Shown piece by piece: positions 27,801-37,100 of a DNA stretch of 64,000 bases. Position 1 is the stretch's first letter. Each line of letters opens with the position of its first letter. The notes under the pieces are model-generated. The model made no database searches and had not been told where the DNA came from. It saw only the letters and a program-made list of their open reading frames with translations. Made by a program: the position numbers and the translations under genes. This stretch comes from an uncultured Clostridia bacterium (GTDB lineage Bacteria > Bacillota > Clostridia > Christensenellales > CAG-314): the NCBI GenBank assembly GCA_947629985.1, contig CANRFV010000001.1, positions 252,407-316,406 on the forward strand, given 5' to 3'.

Positions 27801-28001
27801 CGCAACTTCGGCGGATACAAAGTGTTCCGCGCGTTCCGCCATATCGATGGCTACCGATTTGGTAATATCGTCGTCAAACTTGACCGTAATGCCGTTTGCC
27901 GAGACGTTTACGCCCAAACTGACCATATTTACGGACGAGAAAATAATAAGCATAAATAACAGCGGCACAACCGCAATAAGCGCAATAACCGTTTTACGCA
28001 T
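24885..28001 (-). CDS. Large secreted or surface protein with Ig-like (Big_2-type) domain and beta-helix-like C-terminal half
   Basis: 1038 aa with an N-terminal TM/signal anchor (MRKTVIALIAVVPLLFMLIIF). Big_2-like segment LTSDNPQVADVDANGKL...ATSNDKGFTD. The rest is repetitive and beta-rich. 1-nt TGATG overlap with the upstream permease. Confidence 0.7.
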   Translation of the reverse strand: MRKTVIALIAVVPLLFMLIIFSSVNMVSLGVNVSANGITVKFDDDITKSVAIDMAERAEHFVSAEVAPNNASEKGYTLTSDNPQVADVDANGKLLVKSEGNATIVATSNDKGFTDSLNVSVYSTQPYGLRFFLNKDGADVLTADADGNYSADLSTGIYGFGAAITPDAFTDYSVEVTKGKADVDFGGKTVLLPFSGEVKLKVSVPDSIGNIERTVSLNVSMPSNCDLTVNGVANTSSVLLDKNSKTVSLYVERRIPGSEPVFTSEYATAVVREKIDSHRYIMDVTVNDSFDGERFVGQIAAGNAVAQVEFGFGDFDFALNSERPITDGKISVLNGVTTKFSAVPVVVADGVTFLWGVDGADRDVISVSADGKTCSVTAKRNSEFTLWAEARRDGELLCERKQITVSVVTRITNIIMPDEFGASHDLAMYYTVAGKVYDGQNKVQNRYLLNIRTVGSAAVTEFDADNLNCYISDETLGDIVVEDGKWYFVAKGSGKLTLTAEWKGAATFGGNARASVTFYVVHDAVAVSNAPQLVQATAAGDKVVLLNDIMLGTDANGAVLSLQERASMLGRMQSTYNTEWYKQDPKQSIDNAKVSYVMEFKNDVYGNGNTVNAEYFTAAWDSQDKPLIDTYKGPLYFVKYQEIASVAGQDNCAFLMRTDGVKLYGVNLRGCGDDKMSDSDGYNLSYLNLVGTTLEINASVQVINCRISNGRNVVRVYGGNRNGNNYFINDIADNKGCDNERITVVIQGCIISQGREFLVKVGANRALRAHGVSQAAPQLTDANGNPYPTQGSSVSNNYGKLYDDSYFYSHYVMTDLTIKDSVLETSGLFTIGVESNFAGDLLTTGSEQKYQGSVNENVAKMTSAWQQSGGTSFASVVRLQGDVRLYDWKDIALVDSSTLIESPSDNALGWLKLEVNKMLQHVASQSPYDALLINRDGKQFVHGGIAFYGGGRNYSQLDIDALNSSLGDYMHLNVNIDILKQVSDVNIQHQGDKLPLAAGVYDFNFYMYDRNSANSYSAQQRDTANGTKYGGVVKYEAF

Positions 28002-29680
28002 CAGATCTCCCCTCCTTCGAATTCGTAATATTTTTTGCCGAGTTTGCCCGTAAGGTAGAAATATGCCGCCACGGCAAACCCTATTGCAAGCGCGCCCGTT
28101 ACAACGTAGGTAATCCAGGACGAAGCGACGTGTTTAAGTTCGGTAAGCACGCGCAACGCCACAACAATACCGCCCACGGCAAACGACGCCAACATACCCG
28201 TTACAATAACGGTGCTTACGGCATTGCCGGATTCCTTTATTTCGCCGTCTTCTTCGGTGGAAAAGCGCGCATGATTGAAGTCGTACCGCGTTGCAACGCA
28301 TACGTTTACAAAGCCGAACAGCGCGCCCACCGCAAATATGAATATTGCGGAATACCACTGCACCATACCCGTTGCGGCAAGCACGACAGCGGATACCAAC
28401 TGCGACAGCACCGCCACAGCCATACTTAAAAATATCTTGGCAAAAAACACCTGTTTGTAACTTAGCGGAAAGGCTTTGACGGTGTAAAACATCTGACCGT
28501 CGCGGCTGACGTTGGTTGCGCAAAAAACATTTGTAAGCGCGCCGAACAACAACGTCAAAAACAGCGCAAGTTCCACATTAACTTGCAAACCGACAAGATT
28601 TTCCACCATAGATGTGCCTACGGTCATACAAAAATACACCATTAACGGCATTATTACCGCAACCGACAAATACGAAAACATATACGACGGGGTGCGGAAA
28701 ATCAACAAAAAGTCCTTTTTTACTATGGACGCAAAAACATTAGACGAAGCGGACATTTTGCCGCGCTTGATGAGATAATTTGCCGTGTCGGCGTTGCGCT
28801 GTTGTAGCGAACGTTGCAAAATAAGGCGAATTATTACCATTGCCAACGCAATGCAAACCGCAAGAGTAGCCGCTATGCCTATGCTTGCAACAGTTATGTT
28901 GCGCGACGTAAGCAGATCCACCAGCCACGCCGCGGGATACAGCACTTTTACTGCGGAAGCGATCGCGGTCATTACGCGCTCGTCAAAGAAATATTTAAGT
29001 TCGTCGCCCAACAACATTTGCTTGACGGCGGACAAAACTATCGAATACAGCCAAAACATAACGCCGAGTACAACCGTTACAAACACAAAGTTGAGTACAA
29101 AGCGCTGTTTCAAAAAGCGTTTTACAAGTTGCACGGGCAAGGCTATAAGCGACGCCAGCGCAATTGTTAACAACGGCAAAATAAAACACAAAATTGCCGT
29201 TACAAGCGCAAAACTCCAACTTTGGGGAGATTTGACGCATAGCGTGATGTTTACGGCAAGCACAGCCACAACGGAAATGAGCAGTTGATAGCCGTAAATG
29301 ATTATCAATTTGGATAAATACAGCGCCTTGGCGTCTACGGGCATTGCGGAAAACAGCCTTACGTCGTCCGCTTCGAATATCTGTCTGTTTATTTGCGAAA
29401 CGGCGCCTACCGTCATAAACAGCACTATTACCGAATACACCACGGTAAGCAACTCGTAGGTACGCGTTGCCACATCGGGCTGACGGTTGGTTTTTACCGC
29501 AAGGTACACGTCGATAAACCTGCCGAAAAACACCGTAAACAACACAACTATACCCACAAGCAACACAACGCCCAGCACAAAGCCCAGCGGATTGAATCTG
29601 CCGCGCCTGTACGGGTAAATTTTTTCCAAAAGGTGCTTTTTTAGCAGAGCGCGCGTTTGAGAAGAGACGTTTTTAGCCAT
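28001..29680 (-). CDS. Multi-spanning ABC-type exporter permease
   Basis: 559 aa from the internal ATG (MAKNVSSQ), with about 12 or more hydrophobic segments. Its start overlaps the ATPase stop (ATGGCTAA). Confidence 0.65.
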   Translation of the reverse strand: MAKNVSSQTRALLKKHLLEKIYPYRRGRFNPLGFVLGVVLLVGIVVLFTVFFGRFIDVYLAVKTNRQPDVATRTYELLTVVYSVIVLFMTVGAVSQINRQIFEADDVRLFSAMPVDAKALYLSKLIIIYGYQLLISVVAVLAVNITLCVKSPQSWSFALVTAILCFILPLLTIALASLIALPVQLVKRFLKQRFVLNFVFVTVVLGVMFWLYSIVLSAVKQMLLGDELKYFFDERVMTAIASAVKVLYPAAWLVDLLTSRNITVASIGIAATLAVCIALAMVIIRLILQRSLQQRNADTANYLIKRGKMSASSNVFASIVKKDFLLIFRTPSYMFSYLSVAVIMPLMVYFCMTVGTSMVENLVGLQVNVELALFLTLLFGALTNVFCATNVSRDGQMFYTVKAFPLSYKQVFFAKIFLSMAVAVLSQLVSAVVLAATGMVQWYSAIFIFAVGALFGFVNVCVATRYDFNHARFSTEEDGEIKESGNAVSTVIVTGMLASFAVGGIVVALRVLTELKHVASSWITYVVTGALAIGFAVAAYFYLTGKLGKKYYEFEGGEI

Positions 29681-30464
29681 TGGGCACGTCCTTTGCGCCG
29701 TTATCTGCGCGTTGTTCGGCTGCCGTGCGTTCGTGCCGTATAAAATATTCTTCAAAGTTGAAGGTGGGGTCGGTCAACATCTTTTCCTTTACGTTAAGCG
29801 TTTCGAGTTGCTGTCCCAAACCCATAATTACAACGCGGTCGCACAGTTGGGCAACTCGGTTGAGCGCGTGCGACGAAAAAATGATACAGTTGCCCTGTTG
29901 AGCGTACTTTATCATAAATTCGCGCACCGCTTCCATTGTGCGTGGGTCCAAACCCGTCAACGGCTCGTCCAATATCCACAATTTGGGACGATGAATAAGC
30001 GAACCCATCATACAGATTTTTTGGCGCATACCGTGCGAATACGAACTGATAAGGTTGTTTATCGCGTCGCCGAGACAAAACACTTCTTCCAACTCTTTAA
30101 GGCGGGCGGCGCGTTCTTCAACGGGCACTTTGTACACCGTTGCCAAAAAACCGATATATTCCATACCCGTCATTTTTACAAATACGGCGTGGTTGTCGGT
30201 TACAAAACCCATATCCGCCTTGGCGGCAAGGGGCTCTTTTTGCACGTCGTGTCCGTTGATGGTAATTGTGCCCTTGTCAAACGGCAACATACCTTCGATA
30301 CACTTGAGCGTTGTGGATTTGCCCGCGCCGTTGTGCCCCAGCAAACCGAAAATTTCGCCCGCGTAGCAACTGAACGATACGTCCTTTATTGCGTAATCGG
30401 CACGTTTGGAATATTTTTTGTACAGTCCTTCTACTTTAAGAACCTGTTGTCTGTCATCACTCAT
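29673..30464 (-). CDS. ABC transporter ATP-binding protein (ABC-2 / drug-exporter type)
   Basis: 263 aa. Walker A GHNGAGKST, signature SYSHGMRQK, Walker B LWILDEPLTGLD. Confidence 0.9.
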   Translation of the reverse strand: MSDDRQQVLKVEGLYKKYSKRADYAIKDVSFSCYAGEIFGLLGHNGAGKSTTLKCIEGMLPFDKGTITINGHDVQKEPLAAKADMGFVTDNHAVFVKMTGMEYIGFLATVYKVPVEERAARLKELEEVFCLGDAINNLISSYSHGMRQKICMMGSLIHRPKLWILDEPLTGLDPRTMEAVREFMIKYAQQGNCIIFSSHALNRVAQLCDRVVIMGLGQQLETLNVKEKMLTDPTFNFEEYFIRHERTAAEQRADNGAKDVPNG

Positions 30465-30476
30465 AATTCAGCGTTT

Positions 30477-30500
30477 GAGAGGCTTCCGCGGAAGCCTCTC
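30477..30500. other. Perfect 24-nt palindrome between a GGAGAG motif and the ABC ATPase start codon
   Basis: GAGAGGCTTC-CGCG-GAAGCCTCTC (10-bp stem), ending 12 nt upstream of the ATG at 30464. Confidence 0.6.
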
Positions 30501-30550
30501 TCCTTTATATATTTTTGTTATAAATATGTGCGTTATTTGGCATATTTTGC

Positions 30551-30586
30551 CAAAATGGGCAAAAGGGCATTGTAAAATAATGCCCT
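30551..30586 (-). terminator. Terminator-like hairpin after the lipoprotein gene
   Basis: Minus strand reads AGGGCATT-ATTTTAC-AATGCCCT followed by TTTGCCCATTTTG. Confidence 0.5.
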
Positions 30587-30608
30587 ATTAACCGAAAAGC
30601 CCGTTTAC

Positions 30609-31172
30609 TCAATACGCAAAAGTCAAAACGATGCTTACGTGCGACTCGCCCGATTCGTAACCGAAAGTCAAGCCCGTAACGTGTTCGGTATCGAAGGTAA
30701 TTTCGATTACAACGTCGCTGTCGGGGGTCTTGATGTCGCTTGCAATTTGCAAAAACTCCTTAATGCTGTTCTTGGGGACGGAGCCCTTGAAGGACGTTTC
30801 GGAAATGACGAAATCGTCATTGAAAAATTCATCTTCGAACTTGAGAGCGTTTACCGTTTCGACGGTTTGCGCCTTGAAAGTCGTTTCCGTTTCCGTATAG
30901 GGGTCGTCGGCGTCCAACGAATTGAGTTTGCTTTCCTTGCTTACCACGTCGTATTCGTCGCCGTTAGCGGTATACGTTTGCTCGCGCTTGTATTGCGTTA
31001 TTTTGTTGTGAGTAATTTCCACGGTTTGGGTTACTGCTGTGGCTTCGCATATCTTGGCGTATGCCGCCTTTAACAAGTCCCATTGAGTAGGCACTTTGTT
31101 TTCTACGCAGCCGCTAAGCACTACCGCCAACGCCGCCACGATACAAACAATCAATATAACTCTCTTTTTCAT
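30609..31172 (-). CDS. Lipoprotein, translationally coupled to the giant surface protein
   Basis: 187 aa. Signal peptide with an L-S-G-C lipobox (AVVLSGCVEN). 1-nt overlap with the stop of the 2353-aa gene. Confidence 0.75.
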   Translation of the reverse strand: MKKRVILIVCIVAALAVVLSGCVENKVPTQWDLLKAAYAKICEATAVTQTVEITHNKITQYKREQTYTANGDEYDVVSKESKLNSLDADDPYTETETTFKAQTVETVNALKFEDEFFNDDFVISETSFKGSVPKNSIKEFLQIASDIKTPDSDVVIEITFDTEHVTGLTFGYESGESHVSIVLTFAY

Positions 31173-34100
31173 TACAGTAAACCTCCTTTACGTGTTGCAA
31201 ATGCCACAGCGGCAAGCGCTTGAAGCGTGCCCAGCGTTACAAACAATCCGCCCAAAGCCGCGTCCGCAATGGTTACGGCTGTTTGTACTGTGCGGTCGTC
31301 GCCGTTTGCAATGGCGTTCCAACCGTCGGTAAGCGTGTAGCCTACTTCTATTTCGTCCATTACGTTAGCCAGCGATTCGCTGCTCAAATCTTGCAAAAGC
31401 GGCTCTATTTGCTGTAACAGACCCTTTATTTGTTTAAGTTGGTCAAAGTCGTCCACCGTCAAATCTTGTACGGATTTGCCTTCGGTAAGAGATTTAAGTT
31501 GCGCAAGCAGTTGAACCAATTCCTCGGTCATACCGTTTTCGTCGGTTACAACAACCGTAAACGTGCGGCTGCCGCTGTAATTTACTTCGTCGATCTCTAC
31601 CGTTACGGTGTATTCGCCGGGGGCGGTAATTGCCGCAATGGGCTTGGTTGCAAGCGGTTCGGTAACGCCGTTAAGCACAACAAAGCCTTGCAAAACAAGT
31701 TCTTCGCCCGTAAGTTGCGCGTTGAGTTTGCCGTTTTCCAATGTTTCGGCGCCGCTTATTCCAAAGTTGGCAGACGCGCTGTTGCTCAAATCCAACTTGG
31801 TTACGGTGTAGGTGCCGTCTACAACGGTTATTGTGTAGTTGCCGCTTTGCTCGCTTGCACTGCCCGTAATTACGTAAGAGCCTGCATTTGCGCCCGTGCT
31901 TGCAAATCCAAATGTTATCAGGTCTGCCAACACGTCGTTGTTTACCAATCTGCCTGACGTTACTGTTGCCGCGCCCAAGTCGTCAAGCGAAATTTCGTTG
32001 CCGTTGTATACGCGTGTGAAATCGGGCAATTTTACGGTAATATGTCTGGGAGATACCGTGTAGGTGCCGTCTACCGTTTGCAATTCGTAGTTGGACAATT
32101 CCGATTCCGGCGTGTCGATATGTACTACTATCGCATAGCCGCCGGTAACCACTGCGCTTGCAGATGTTACATTGCATTGCAACGTTACAAGCAACGCGCT
32201 TTGTTCTATCCAGCCGTCTACGTCGTAAGCGCCTTTCAAATCGGCGGTAGCGTCGCCGTAAACCGAACTAAGGTTGTGCGCGGTTACGGTAAGCGGACGT
32301 TTGGTTATTGTGTACGCGCCTGTGCCGTCGGTAAAGGTAATATCGTAGTTGCCGTCGGCGCATACGCCCTTGATGTTGTAACTGTCAACGCGTACGTTGT
32401 TGCTCTTTTGTTCCAATTCCAACGTGATTTCGGGGCGTTCGCTGCCTACCCATTCGCCATCGGTCTTTTCCCACAAGCCTTGTTGCAAAGTGCCTGCCAA
32501 ACCGTCGTAAACCTTGGTTTGCGGTTTGATCTTTACGGTAAGTTGCAATTGCGTAATTTCGTATTGACCGTCCGCGCCGAATTGAATGGTATAGTTGCTT
32601 GCGGATTGCGTTGCCGCGCCCTTTACGGCATAGGTGCCTACGTTCTTGGACGCATTGTCTATGCTAAGCGTAACAAGGTCATTCAAATTGTCGCCCTTAC
32701 CCAACGTGCTACCTTCCGCAAGGGTTGCGGTAAGTTCGGTGGCTTGGGGTACCGCGCCGTTGTATGCTCTGCTTGTGCTTGGCAGATTTACCGTAATGGC
32801 ACGGGGGTTGATGGTAAGCGTGGCTGTACGCGTTTCTTGGTCGTAGTTGTCGTGGCTGATAGTAGCCGTTATTTCGTACGAGCCGACGTCTCTTGCGCCG
32901 CTAAACGCCTGATCTTGTACCGTATAGGTAATTACCGCGCCTTCGGGTGCGCCCGTAACTTTGATTTCGTGCGTTTCGCCGTCGTAAGTTACGGTGTCGT
33001 TGTTGAACTCAAGGTCCTTAAACGCGGCGTTTGTTACGTTGTACTTACCGTTTACAAAACTTACCTTGTAGTTTTGCGGTTCGGCGTCGGCAAGTTGTAC
33101 GGTTATTGTGTATTCGCCTACTTCCGTTTGAGCGGACAAATCTTGTTCACAAGAGATGGCGATGTGTGTGCGGAATTCCGTTTCTTCGCCGTCCACCACG
33201 CCGTCTACCTTGAAAGTAAGCGCTTTGGGTTGCTCGCCGTAAACCGAACTAAGGTTGTCGGCGGTTACGGTTACTGCCTTTTTGTCGATTTGATACGAGC
33301 CGTCAGTAACTGTAATCTTGTAGTTACGTGCGGCGGCAGTTGCGGTTGCGGTTACGGTGTACGTGCCCACATCCTTGGCGGCGTCGGTTATGCTTATTGT
33401 TATTAGCGTACTCAACTCGTCGCCTGTGCCCAACGTGCTGCCGGAAGCAAGATTTGCTTGTATTGCGCTCGCTTGCGGCACAGCGCCGTTGTAATCGCGC
33501 GTGATAGACTGCAGTTCTACCGTAATGGGGCGTGCGGTTATTTCGTAAGCGTCAGTGCCTACCACTGGGGTAATTGTGTAGTTGGTGTTTTTGTTGCCGC
33601 CTTGGTAATTTACAATTTCCAAATTGTATTTGCCCACATCGCGCGGTTGCTGTCCACTTGCAAATTGAATTGTAAGGTCGAGATGATCCCCGGCGCAAAG
33701 GTCCGGTGCGTCAAACGCAGTTTGATCCAATTTGTCGTTGGTTACCGTATTGCCGTCGTAAACAACAGGTGTCTGTTTTTTGAGAGTTACCGTAATGGGC
33801 TTGGCAGTTACGGACCAATTGAATCTGTGCGTGTCGGTGTACACGCCGTTATCCAAGAAGTAGCCGTTTTCAAGGGTTATCGTAACGGTGTAATTGCCCA
33901 CGTTTTGCACCGAGTCTACGCTTGCGCTAACGGTTGCGTTTTCGATTCCCGAGAAATATTTTTCGAACAGACCTACGAGTTCTTCTGCGGTAAAATTAGC
34001 GCCCTTGTATACCAATGAGCCGATGCTTTCGGGTATGTCAAAAATATCTTTCGTTTCGGAGTAACCGCAACCCAATTCGCTGCAATAGCGCGTGGCATGT

Positions 34101-37100
34101 GCAACAGTGCTGCCACCGGGCGTGCCGTCGCCGTCTTGGCGAGTCCAATCCAAAGTGTGTTGAGAGTGCTCCAACTTCCAAGCGCCGCTAAGCCCTTCGG
34201 CGGCTGCCGTTGTTTCCCCCTGAAGTGAGTGTTTTCCACTTTCATGCTTGCCCGTTACCGTCTCTTTTTGGAATTCGATTCCGGGCAGGGTAAACGTGTC
34301 GCCGTCGCCTGCCTTATATGTAGAAACATATGTCTTGCCTTCTTTAAGCGGAGCAAGAGTATTGTGTACTTTGTCCCAAATGTGCGCTTCAAGCGTATAC
34401 TTGGTGTAGTTGCAGGAGTATTCGGTAGAAACGCCGTCGAACAGAGCGCTGTCTTGCAACGTTACGCCTGTACCGACAATGATCTTAGCAGTACCTGTTG
34501 TGTCGGTCGTTTGCACTGTGCCCAAAAACGTTGCACCATCTTGAATATTAAGCGTGCCGTTGACGATAAGGCTTGCATAGGGTTTGTACGATTGTTCAGG
34601 TCCTGTGCCTGCATTCTTAAGTTGGTCGCCCGTGGGATAGGTACGCTTGGCAACTTGGGGATCGGCAAAACTGTCATAAATGTGCAGTCCCGCACCGCCG
34701 CGCACATTGAGAGTAGCGCCGCTGTCAACGGTAAGTACAGAACCCGGCATTGCCTTGTAGGGATAGAGAATGTCGAACGCACCGCTCTTCAACGTGATAT
34801 CGTAGTTGTACGGAATGGAGAAATAAACCTTTTGGGTGTTTATTCCGAGCGGGAATTGCATATAACCGGCATAGGCATTGCCCGAAATTTCAATCGTTGT
34901 CTTGCCTACGTCCTGCACGTTGTTGCCGCTGCCCATATCGGGACGAGCGTGTTCATCATCATAGACGATATGTGCAGACGCGTTAAAGTTAAGAATTATT
35001 AGCGCGGCGTTTTCAAAATAGTCCATGCCTTCTTTGTTCTCTTTGACAAAGGAAATGAAGGGCGTATCAATGGTTGTAATGCTATCCCAGAAAAAGAGAC
35101 TTGCATGTCCCCACAGTTCGGCGCCGTGATGAATGGTAAAGCCGCCCTTGTTTTGCACGTTGACCATAGCGTACATCTTGAAGGGAGTAACGCCGGCAGT
35201 GAATGAAGCCTCCGTGTTTGTGCCGCCATTGTAGTCGTTGATCATAAAGGGCTGTGTAAGTCTGCCGCCCGACTGTACGTCGATACTGCCTTCGCCCGTT
35301 ACGCGACCGTAGACATCGAGATGTCCGCCCGATCCGACGGTAACCGTGGTATCTTCGCCTTGCAAAACAAGTTTCGAATAGTAGCCTGAAGTGTGTCCCT
35401 GAGCACCGACCTGAGATGGGTAATGAATGACGCCGCCGACAATAAGATTGCCTTCGATTATATTTGCGCCGGTAAGCGTAACGGTATAAACAGGGTCTTT
35501 GTAAATGCCGTCCGAAGCCCAGGAAACGCGCTCCTGCGCAGTTGCTTCCGTACCCATTGCATAATAGTCGCCCGCACGGTTGAAAGGAATTATGAGATTG
35601 ACGCCTGCGGGAACAGTGATGGCTGTTTCCAAGTCAACATTGTCTACCACAATAACATCTTTGTCGCTTCCATTGTCCGCGTCGTTCAATGCATTGTTAA
35701 TATCCGCCGGCGCGTAGAATTTACCACCATTACGCACGACATAAGTACCCGCCTTGTCGATAACGGCAATAATTTTTGTATAGCCCGTTCCCACGGTATA
35801 ATTATACTCTTGATCGTATGACACAAAGCGCGCGTTATCATAATCCCATTCAATGTCTCCGTCTTGAACCGTTTCCGGAGATTCGGCTTTTTGCGCCGCG
35901 CTCTCCTTGAGAGTTCCCGACACGGCTTTCCAACCATAGAAAGAGTCAGTTGCCTGTGGATATGCCGCGAATGTAAGTCTTGTGCCTGCATCAATCGGAC
36001 CATTATGGGCATCTACTCCGCCCTGTTTTACGGTGATATCAGACTTGTTTCCGCTTTCACCAGCCGTGTTTTGAACATCCCAATCAACATAGGCAGAACC
36101 GGAGAAGAAGGCTACATTGCGCACTGACATGCAGGCGTAACTACTGTTTGCTTTATTGCCTATTGCGTGAGCAATGTAGATGCTTGTATCGTCATTATCT
36201 CCCTTTCCGGTAATAGAAATTGTAACCTTATACCAATAGTTTTTCTCATCTACTTGTTCAGCATTAAAAGTTTTTGGCGCTATAAGATTACTGGCAGACG
36301 TCGAAAGACCCCAACCGAGATTTGTAGCAATACTTGACTTAAATCCTTTTACGCCCCAATCGGCATTCGTATATTTTTCATCGTTTGCACGCCAACCACT
36401 TGTATATGAAGTATCCGTGGGAATAGGAGAATCCATGCGGTATGCTGCATAACTGTATTTTGCTTTTGTATCGTCTGTATCCGCACCTGTAATACCGTAT
36501 CCATCAATATGGAATTCAAACGTAAAGGAACCGTTTCCTTTCACAGTAAATCCCAGTTGCGAAATAACGGGAGCCGCCAATGTGCGGTTCGGTTGATAAG
36601 AAATACCTGAAGAAAAGGCAAAACTACCATCGCCGTTGCCTGCGGGGTCAAAATACCAAGGATATTGTTGATCGTTAGTTACTGTAATTTCTTTTGAAAT
36701 GGGAGAAACAATCGAATCAAGCCCATCATTACCGCCATCCAATTTGATATATACATTGAAAGTAAATTGCTCTTCGACATAATATTCTTCCCCATAGCTA
36801 TAAGTAATAACAACCGCTTGGTTTTCAGTGATATCATTCAAAGAAAATCCCGTTTTTCCTGTCAATGTTTCACTAGCTACGTCTTTCCCATTTGAAGTTA
36901 TAGTGATGGTATTTGTAACAGAGTCGTAGTGATCAATCGTAACTAACAGATTGTTCTTTTTCCCATAAGGAAACTCGACTCTGCTTTTATTTGAGATTGT
37001 TTCTTCATCTTGTGCCACGCTGTCTACAGACTTTGTTATTGAAACTTTGGGTGGAATGGCAATTTCTTGAAGTATAAAGCGTATACTGCCTTCGGAGTAC

